This document shows, piece after piece, positions 7,585 through 13,131 of a stretch of 13,131 nucleotides of DNA (positions are counted from its first letter, which is position 1; each line of letters opens with the position of its first letter). The notes under the pieces were generated by a model that saw only the letters and a list, made by a program, of their open reading frames with translations, made no database searches and had not been told where the DNA came from. The translations under genes were made by a program, and so were the position numbers. Source of the stretch: a virus (taxonomy: Duplodnaviria; Heunggongvirae; Uroviricota; Caudoviricetes); the IMG/VR virus record IMGVR_UViG_2703719355_000018; one strand, written 5' to 3'.

Positions 7585-7794
7585 AAATCGCAAACTTTCA
7601 CCTTTCCCACCAATGGCAACGCACGAGCCAAACAAGTGGCGCACTATCTTGGAGTGCATATCAGCACCGTATGGCGCTATGCAAAACGTCCTGATTTTCC
7701 AAAACCCCACCAGTTAACCGACGGCGTGACCGTCTTTGACGCCGCAGCTATTCGCCAATGGAACAAGCAAAAAACCGGGGGTGAGAATGCTTAA
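7582..7794 (+). CDS. alpA: AlpA-family transcriptional regulator / excisionase-like protein (70 aa)
   Basis: VAHYLGVHISTVWRYAKRPDFPKP matches the AlpA/phage-excisionase HTH signature; start taken at the internal ATG at 7582 rather than 7546. Confidence 0.85.
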   Translation: MKSQTFTFPTNGNARAKQVAHYLGVHISTVWRYAKRPDFPKPHQLTDGVTVFDAAAIRQWNKQKTGGENA

Positions 7795-7848
7795 CGCGAC
7801 CGTGAGCACACCCTGCACGACAGCCGTTCGATCGCCATTGTTGGCGAG

Positions 7849-7983
7849 TCAGGTTTTCGGCTCAATACCTACGTTAAGTAGCTTTTCCCGGCAGGCATCT
7901 TTAACCCATGAGCTGAAATTACCTTTACCCGCAGCAGCATTTATCTGCTTTAAAAGTTCATCCTCAAAGCGGATGTGCTTCAT
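7849..7983 (-). CDS. Ribbon-helix-helix (Arc/CopG-like) putative repressor (44 aa; alternative start at 8031 gives 60 aa)
   Basis: MKHIRFEDELLKQINAAAGKGNFSSWVKDACREKL has a strand-helix-loop-helix layout; divergent from the replication operon across a region with twin palindromes. Confidence 0.45.
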   Translation of the reverse strand: MKHIRFEDELLKQINAAAGKGNFSSWVKDACREKLLNVGIEPKT

Positions 7984-8031
7984 GGTGCTACCCGAACGGT
8001 CAAACGGTTTTTTTTCACTTTTACCTTGCAT

Positions 8032-8078
8032 TGGTAACTACCACTCATATAATGAACCAAAGCATGGTAACTACCATG
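8032..8078. promoter_or_regulatory. Two copies of palindromic operator TGGTA-AC-TACCA (8032-8043; 8065-8076, extended to CATGGTAACTACCATG at 8063-8078) flanking a TATAAT (8047-8052)
   Basis: Read directly; lies between the divergent RHH gene and the replication operon; possible -35 TTGCAT at 8026-8031. Confidence 0.55.
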
Positions 8079-8170
8079 CGCGATTTTATCAAGAGATAAA
8101 TACAGCGAAGCCCGGCAGTGCGGGAACACTAACCGGGCCTCTGACCAACAACGTTACGGAGACTAACGCT

Positions 8171-8371
8171 ATGGCTAAGCCGCAGTGTACCCAAACTCAC
8201 CCCAAATATCAGTATCGTTTTATGGCGCTCGATCGCGCTGACCGTCAGGCGAAACCCTGCAAAATCATTGTCGAGGCCACCAGCGAGCACGAAGCGCGTA
8301 AAGTGCTGGCTCCTCACTACATCCTGTCACTGTCCGCCGTTTTGCCAGTTCAGGAGGTGAGCCATGTTTAA
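8171..8371 (+). CDS. Small hypothetical protein (66 aa), first gene of the replication operon
   Basis: GGAG RBS 9 nt upstream; stop overlaps the next start. The 211-aa ORF from 7736 is rejected. Confidence 0.45.
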   Translation: MAKPQCTQTHPKYQYRFMALDRADRQAKPCKIIVEATSEHEARKVLAPHYILSLSAVLPVQEVSHV

Positions 8372-8558
8372 CGTCATTGTCACGGTCACCTATCACTTTT
8401 CGGGAACGATCCGTCGTTTTGCTATTCCGGAACGTTTCAATAATCGTGAGCTCGCAGAGAAAGCGGCGCAGCAGTTAACCCATACCAGCTATCTGGATGA
8501 TGGAGTGAGCAGAATTGTGACCCACGCGGCGGAAGTAGTGGAGGTGCGCCATGTATGA
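8364..8558 (+). CDS. Small hypothetical protein (64 aa)
   Basis: AGGAGG RBS 6 nt upstream; start overlaps upstream stop (ATGTTTAA) and stop overlaps the next start. Confidence 0.6.
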   Translation: MFNVIVTVTYHFSGTIRRFAIPERFNNRELAEKAAQQLTHTSYLDDGVSRIVTHAAEVVEVRHV

Positions 8559-8739
8559 CGCCTACCTGAACCCAAAGGACGCACTCCGTCCGATCGCCGT
8601 TGCACTCGAGGCTGCGCAGTTTATCGCGCTTGACCCGGAGAATACCGATTTAGCCCATGAGCTGATCGCCTGGGCACTTGAAACAGCCGCGCGTGCCTCA
8701 GCTGCGCAACGTAACACCCCGGAGGTGGACAATGCTTAA
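8551..8739 (+). CDS. Small hypothetical protein (62 aa)
   Basis: GGAGG RBS 7 nt upstream; coupled to both neighbours. Confidence 0.6.
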   Translation: MYDAYLNPKDALRPIAVALEAAQFIALDPENTDLAHELIAWALETAARASAAQRNTPEVDNA

Positions 8740-9040
8740 TCTCAATACATGGAATCTTTTCACGCTGCCGCTGAACGGTGGCGCAGCTGAGACAGCGCCG
8801 GACGATCTGCGTCTGCTGGCCGCTGTGGGGGACGAGGCTCGCAACGACTACCTGCGCGGTGTAAGCGCCATCGGCAATCTGATCTTCTGGGCATGTGATA
8901 ACCCCAACTACACCGACCATCAAGCTGACCTGCCAGCGCTGGGCGCATTCCTGAAACATACCGCTGATATGGCGCGCGCTGCCGAATTCATGGCAGGACA
9001 TCTGGACTCACTGGCTGACGGCAAAGAGGGAGGCAAATAA
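8732..9040 (+). CDS. Hypothetical protein (102 aa)
   Basis: GGAGG RBS 6 nt upstream of the ATG at 8732; start overlaps the previous stop (ATGCTTAA); the 8678 start is rejected. Confidence 0.6.
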   Translation: MLNLNTWNLFTLPLNGGAAETAPDDLRLLAAVGDEARNDYLRGVSAIGNLIFWACDNPNYTDHQADLPALGAFLKHTADMARAAEFMAGHLDSLADGKEGGK

Positions 9041-9261
9041 TGCCACGCAAACATCGCTCATCAAGCAACCTGATCAAATTAATGGAACGCCAGAAAGGTA
9101 TAGGGCGCGACGATATCCAGATCGCAGATAATCGCCCTACATTCATGCCGTACGAGCCGAACGGAACCTACGCTACAAACCGCCATACCCGCCGTATGCT
9201 ACGCAAGCTCCACGGCATCCAGGCAAAAAGAATGTGTGATCTGAAAGGAGGTCAGAAATGA
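9040..9261 (+). CDS. Small basic hypothetical protein (73 aa)
   Basis: GAGGGAGG RBS; start overlaps the previous stop (TAATG); stop overlaps the primase start (ATGA). Confidence 0.55.
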   Translation: MPRKHRSSSNLIKLMERQKGIGRDDIQIADNRPTFMPYEPNGTYATNRHTRRMLRKLHGIQAKRMCDLKGGQK

Positions 9262-11672
9262 GTGGATTCGATCACCTGATGGAGCAGGGGCAGAAACGCA
9301 CCCCTGCTCGTTTTACTGCAAATAGCTTTTCTGACCTGTGCAACGCTATTCTATCGCATCGTGTGCAAATTTCCATCACACAGGAAATGACGGATGAAGA
9401 ACGGCGCAAAGAAAAGCAGAAACTGTACTGGTTCTCGGCAACTACCCAGCAGGACGGGCAGCGACGTAAACCCGAAAACATGGCACCGTGTGCTTTCGGT
9501 ATGCTGGACATTGACGGCAGCACTCCCGGTGCAATCACAGCACTTGTACAGGTGTTCCGGCGATACTCAATGCTGGTGTACCAGACGGCCAGCTATACGG
9601 CGGATGAACCTCGTCTGCGTATTGTGTGCGAGCTTTCCCGAGCGGTTGAATCTGACTACCGCCGAGCGACAGGCGAATCCATAGAAACTTTGTTGATGCA
9701 GGAGGCTGGATTCTCATTCGCCAGCCTGGCGGATAAGAAAGCACGCTGGGAGAACGGCAGCGATTATGTTGTCTTTGACCGCAATGTATACGGCGCTCAA
9801 AGCTATTGCTACTGTCCACACACTGGAGCGAAAGCCCAGAATTACGCGGGCGCGGTAATCGACGTAGGGGCGTTACCGGAACCCGCCCAGCCACCAGCGA
9901 AGGCGGCCAAAAGCAAGGCAAAGAAACAGCGCCAGCGTGACGCCGCGGCGGTAATAGATGCTGATTTTGACGATCTGAGCGCCGGACCGGATAACTTCCT
10001 TATCGCCGACCTGCGCAGCGCACTCTGGTTTCCCTCCATGCTGCAAAAGGCATGGGACAATGGGGCGTGGATTGAGCAGGGCTACCGCCTTGCATCTCTC
10101 AAAGGCACCGATTTTGAGGACGACGCGCGGCAACTGTGGGTCGAGTGGTCATTGACCGCAGCGGATGGCTGGCCTGATGAAGAACTTGATGAAGTCGCGG
10201 CACAACGCTGGAATGGTCTCGCCCCTGACAAAACCAGCTATAAAGCTATTTTTACTGATGCTCAGGCGCAGGGGTGGAATAATCCGGGCAAATGGCGAGC
10301 AAAGGCCGCGTACATTGAGAAAATGGCCCCCAGCACACGCGGTGAACTGCTGGCGCAATATTACGGCAACGTATGCCTGAAAGCTGATGGCAACATGGTT
10401 TATCACTATACCGGGCAGGGGTGGGAGCACATCGCCGATGCCGAGTTGCGCCGCCAGCTTTCGCAGATTTTCAAAGATAACGGGGTCCCCTTTACACCGT
10501 ACGAGGTTAAAAGCGCGATTGAGGCTATGGGAATGCTTCTGCCTTTAATAGGAGAAACTCCTCGTAACCTGATTGGCTTTGCCAACGGCGTTTATGATCT
10601 CGAGGCGCAGCGATTCCGCCCCCACTGCCCAGACGATTGGCTGACCAGCCATAACGGCGTTGAATACACGCAGCCGGTTAAAGGCGAAACCCTGAAAAAC
10701 AATGCCCCAAACTTCTGGCGCTGGCTGCATCATTCCGCAGGGGGCGACTTCGACAAAATGGAGAGAATCAAAGCCGCTCTGTATATGGTGCTGGCAAACC
10801 GCTACGACTGGCAACTGTTCATCGAGGTTACCGGTGCTGGTGGCAGTGGTAAAAGCGTGTTCACGGGTATTGCACGTATGCTGACGGGCGAACTACACGC
10901 CACCAGCGGCACAATGGAGGACATGGACACCGCGCGCGAACGCGCATCTTTTGTCGGAAAAAGCCTGATCACCCTACCCGACCAAGCAACATATACGGGT
11001 TCCGGGCCGGGTATCAAGGCTATAACGGGCGGCGACGTGGTAAGGATCGACCCAAAGCACGAAAAGCCATTCCATACGGTTATTCGCGCCGTTGTCATCG
11101 CAACAAACAACGAACCTATGCGTTTCACCGAACGACAAGGCGGGATATCGCGGCGCCGGGTTATTTTCCCGTTTAACCATGAAGTGCCGGAGGCGGAACG
11201 TGATCCCCATCTGCTCGATAAAATTAAAGCCGAACTGCCGGTAATCGTCCGTGGTCTGCTGATTGACTTCGAACAGCCAGGCAAAGCCAAATCGCTACTT
11301 ATCGCGCAGCGTGATTCAGCGGAAGCGCTGCAGGTGAAGAACGATAACGACCCGATGTATGGCTTTTGCTCTTACCTGCTAGGTTTGCCGAATCCCGAGG
11401 GCATGTACATGGGCGATGGGCGCATGGCGCGAGAGCCACGCATCTACCTCTATCATGCTTATCTGGCCTATCTGGAAGCCTACGGTTATCAGAGAACCCC
11501 CACCCTACCGAAGTTCAGCGGAGATTTACGGGACACGCTCAAAGCCTTTGGTATTACTCTGGACAGTAAAAAGAGTAAAAAGGGCAAAAGATATAACGTC
11601 AATTTGTCTGACAGGGCACAAGAATGGCTGGGAGAAGACGAACTCTCAGCTGTGCCCGACACATTGCAGTAA
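9258..11672 (+). CDS. DNA primase-helicase, P4 alpha-like phage/plasmid type (804 aa)
   Basis: Walker A GAGGSGKS followed by a P-loop NTPase region (VVIATNNEP) in the C-terminal half; size and position after alpA as in P4-like elements; AGGAGG RBS. Confidence 0.88.
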   Translation: MSGFDHLMEQGQKRTPARFTANSFSDLCNAILSHRVQISITQEMTDEERRKEKQKLYWFSATTQQDGQRRKPENMAPCAFGMLDIDGSTPGAITALVQVFRRYSMLVYQTASYTADEPRLRIVCELSRAVESDYRRATGESIETLLMQEAGFSFASLADKKARWENGSDYVVFDRNVYGAQSYCYCPHTGAKAQNYAGAVIDVGALPEPAQPPAKAAKSKAKKQRQRDAAAVIDADFDDLSAGPDNFLIADLRSALWFPSMLQKAWDNGAWIEQGYRLASLKGTDFEDDARQLWVEWSLTAADGWPDEELDEVAAQRWNGLAPDKTSYKAIFTDAQAQGWNNPGKWRAKAAYIEKMAPSTRGELLAQYYGNVCLKADGNMVYHYTGQGWEHIADAELRRQLSQIFKDNGVPFTPYEVKSAIEAMGMLLPLIGETPRNLIGFANGVYDLEAQRFRPHCPDDWLTSHNGVEYTQPVKGETLKNNAPNFWRWLHHSAGGDFDKMERIKAALYMVLANRYDWQLFIEVTGAGGSGKSVFTGIARMLTGELHATSGTMEDMDTARERASFVGKSLITLPDQATYTGSGPGIKAITGGDVVRIDPKHEKPFHTVIRAVVIATNNEPMRFTERQGGISRRRVIFPFNHEVPEAERDPHLLDKIKAELPVIVRGLLIDFEQPGKAKSLLIAQRDSAEALQVKNDNDPMYGFCSYLLGLPNPEGMYMGDGRMAREPRIYLYHAYLAYLEAYGYQRTPTLPKFSGDLRDTLKAFGITLDSKKSKKGKRYNVNLSDRAQEWLGEDELSAVPDTLQ

Positions 11673-11691
11673 CTTGTAAAAAATCACCAAG

Positions 11692-11716
11692 AACCCCGTA
11701 AATCGGGGTTTTTGTC
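11692..11716 (+). terminator. Rho-independent terminator after the primase gene
   Basis: Stem AACCCCG/CGGGGTT with loop TAAAT, then TTTGTCTATTT, 20 nt after the stop codon. Confidence 0.7.
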
Positions 11717-11734
11717 TATTTATTAGTCTGAAAG

Positions 11735-11836
11735 GGTGAACAGGTGCGCATACCTTAACAAAGCTGTTCACTCTAATAATTTTCTTTAATATCAGTACAC
11801 TACCCGCAATAAGTGAACAGATGGACGGGGTGAACA
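11735..11836. repeat. Iteron cluster (ori-like): GGTGAACA at 11735-11742 and 11829-11836 (exact inverse of TGTTCACC), TGTTCACT at 11765-11772, AGTGAACA at 11812-11819
   Basis: Four copies, two exact, read directly downstream of the primase gene; same octamer family as the cluster at 1277-1379. Confidence 0.6.
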
Positions 11837-11985
11837 CTTCACACCTATAGCGCGAAATATTTTAATATTTGCAGTTGAATTGCAATCCTTGAAAACAGAA
11901 ACGCGTAGCAAAACGTAGAGTGCTGAAAAAATTTTGTTGGGGAGCAGTTCAAACTGCATGAGCAATTTTCAAGCACTCCTCTTTG

Positions 11986-12009
11986 TCTTGTACCCAAGAT
12001 TGTACCCAA
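11986..12009. repeat. Tandem direct repeat, two units ending in TTGTACCCAA (11988-11997 and 12000-12009)
   Basis: Read directly in the AT-rich junction between the element and dinD; function unknown (att remnant or binding site). Confidence 0.4.
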
Positions 12010-12121
12010 TAGAAAAAATAGAAAATAAAAACTCAGCAATAGCAGCGATTGGTTACACTACTCAACATTCAGATTCAATTGAGTAACTCGTAACACTAAT
12101 TCTTACTTTTCAGCCTTCACA

Positions 12122-12156
12122 AATGCCGCCCACTCAAACAGAGCGGCATTTTTCTT
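12122..12156 (+). terminator. Orphan hairpin plus T-run (intrinsic-terminator-like) with no gene immediately upstream
   Basis: 8-bp stem AATGCCGC/GCGGCATT with 13-nt loop, followed by TTTTCTT. Confidence 0.4.
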
Positions 12157-12245
12157 CCCCGCAACTTCAATTCTGTTTTGCGTGCCTGCTCCAGATTTTG
12201 CGATGTTTTTTTGCCCAGCACACTGAGAACGTGAGATACTCACAA

Positions 12246-12261
12246 CTGTATATAAATACAG
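12246..12261. promoter_or_regulatory. LexA (SOS) box CTGTATATAAATACAG upstream of dinD
   Basis: Exact CTGT-N8-ACAG consensus, 45 nt upstream of the dinD start; dinD is a known LexA-regulated gene. Confidence 0.85.
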
Positions 12262-12306
12262 TTACAGATTTACTTTCTTTGCAATCGATATCACATGGAG
12301 TGGGCA

Positions 12307-13131
12307 ATGAACGAACATCATCAACCTTTTGAAGAAATACGGCATTATGGCACTGAAGGGCAAGAATTTTGGTCAGCTAGAGAATTGGCACCGTTACTGG
12401 ATTATCGGGACTGGCGCAATTTTCAAAAGGTACTGGCCCGCGCGACTCAAGCGTGCGAAGCCAGCAATCAAGCTGCATCTGACCATTTCGTTGAAACCAC
12501 CAAAATGGTTGTATTAGGTTCAGGGGCTCAACGAGAACTTGAAGATGTTCATCTCTCCCGCTATGCCTGTTACCTGGTAGTACAAAACGGCGACCCTGCG
12601 AAACCGGTTATTGCGGCAGGGCAAACTTATTTTGCTATCCAGACCCGACGGCAGGAGCTGGCTGACGATGAAGCTTTCAGGCAACTTCGTGAAGACGAAA
12701 AGCGTCTTTTTCTGAGAAATGAATTGAAAGAACATAACAAACAATTGGTTGAGGCAGCGCAGCAAGCTGGGGTAGCGACAGCTATCGATTTCGCCATATT
12801 TCAGAATCATGGTTACCGGGGGCTGTATGGTGGATTAGATCAGAAAGCCATCCATCAGCGGAAGGGGCTGAAAAAGAGTCAGAAGATCCTGGATCATATG
12901 GGTTCAACAGAACTGGCGGCTAATCTCTTTCGAGCTACCCAAACAGAAGAAAAACTCAAGCGGGATGGCGTGAATTCAAAACAGCAAGCTAATACCACAC
13001 ACTTTGACGTGGGTAGCAAGGTGAGGCAAACCATTCAGGAACTTGGCGGAACCATGCCTGAGGAGTTGCCGACCCCGCAGGTCAGCATCAAGCAGTTGGA
13101 AAACAGTGTAAAAATTACAGAGAAGAAATAG
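12307..13131 (+). CDS. dinD: DNA-damage-inducible protein D (274 aa)
   Basis: N-terminus MNEHHQPFEEIRHYGTEGQEFWSARELAPLLDYRDWRNF recognised from memory as enterobacterial DinD; length and perfect SOS box agree; start at 12307 (GGAG RBS) preferred over 12295. Confidence 0.8.
   Translation: MNEHHQPFEEIRHYGTEGQEFWSARELAPLLDYRDWRNFQKVLARATQACEASNQAASDHFVETTKMVVLGSGAQRELEDVHLSRYACYLVVQNGDPAKPVIAAGQTYFAIQTRRQELADDEAFRQLREDEKRLFLRNELKEHNKQLVEAAQQAGVATAIDFAIFQNHGYRGLYGGLDQKAIHQRKGLKKSQKILDHMGSTELAANLFRATQTEEKLKRDGVNSKQQANTTHFDVGSKVRQTIQELGGTMPEELPTPQVSIKQLENSVKITEKK

Larger units (their letters stand above)
1..11845. mobile_element. P4-like (CP4-type) integrative element: integrase, cargo block, AlpA, primase replication module. 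Left end lies outside the window; right end is approximate (between about 11840 and 12120).
   Basis: Co-oriented P4-family integrase, AlpA-family regulator and P-loop primase-helicase; clusters of TGTTCACC/TATTCACC octamers near both ends; a host-type gene (dinD) with its own SOS box begins just beyond. Confidence 0.7.

Noticed and set aside
7736-8371. 211-aa plus-strand ORF spanning the alpA 3-prime end to 8371
   Set aside because: It overlaps the alpA stop region and the minus-strand RHH gene and has no RBS at 7736. Only the C-terminal 66 codons from the ATG at 8171, which has a GGAG RBS, are plausible.
9272-11290. Multiple ORFs antisense or out of frame within the primase gene (for example 10802-11290, 162 aa)
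   Set aside because: GC-rich coding DNA gives long spurious antisense ORFs; the primase frame carries the Walker A motif and RBS.
11837-12120. Search for a tRNA 3-prime-end fragment (attR core) at the right junction
   Set aside because: No GGTTCGAATCC-like T-arm or acceptor/CCA pattern was found on either strand; the integration target cannot be named from this window.
11845-12332. ORFs 11845-12039 (-), 12123-12332 (+) and the 12295 start for dinD
   Set aside because: The first is an F/L-rich translation of AT-rich intergenic DNA. The second runs through the orphan hairpin and the dinD LexA box. The 12295 start lacks an RBS, whereas 12307 has one and gives the expected 274 aa.
1-13131. CRISPR arrays, rRNA/tRNA genes, IS elements or transposases
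   Set aside because: No regularly spaced direct repeats, no tRNA- or rRNA-like sequence, and no transposase-like ORF or terminal inverted repeats were seen; the only mobility gene is the integrase.

Overview
Most of this window is a roughly 12 kb P4-like (CP4-type) integrative element, and its cargo block contains no system I can name; the best candidate for an undescribed system is a minus-strand two-gene operon at 4619-6460. The backbone runs from a P4-family tyrosine integrase (1-1260) through an AlpA-family regulator (7582-7794) and a divergent ribbon-helix-helix repressor to a chain of stop/start-overlapping small genes ending in an 804-aa P-loop primase-helicase (9258-11672). Clusters of the octamer TGTTCACC/TATTCACC sit just after int and just after the primase gene. 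The element ends upstream of a host gene I recognise as dinD, with its LexA box at 12246-12261. Between int and alpA lie about 6 kb of cargo: three GC-rich small genes, then a block that looks more AT-rich by eye. That block holds an HEAGH zinc-metallopeptidase (FtsH/M41-like motif), a 352-aa lipoprotein, the candidate operon (239-aa unknown protein plus a fused XRE-HTH/ImmA-IrrE metallopeptidase) and a divergent 272-aa unknown gene preceded by a LexA-like box. No tRNA, rRNA, CRISPR array or transposase was found. All calls rest on reading the sequence and recalled family signatures; no database search was run.
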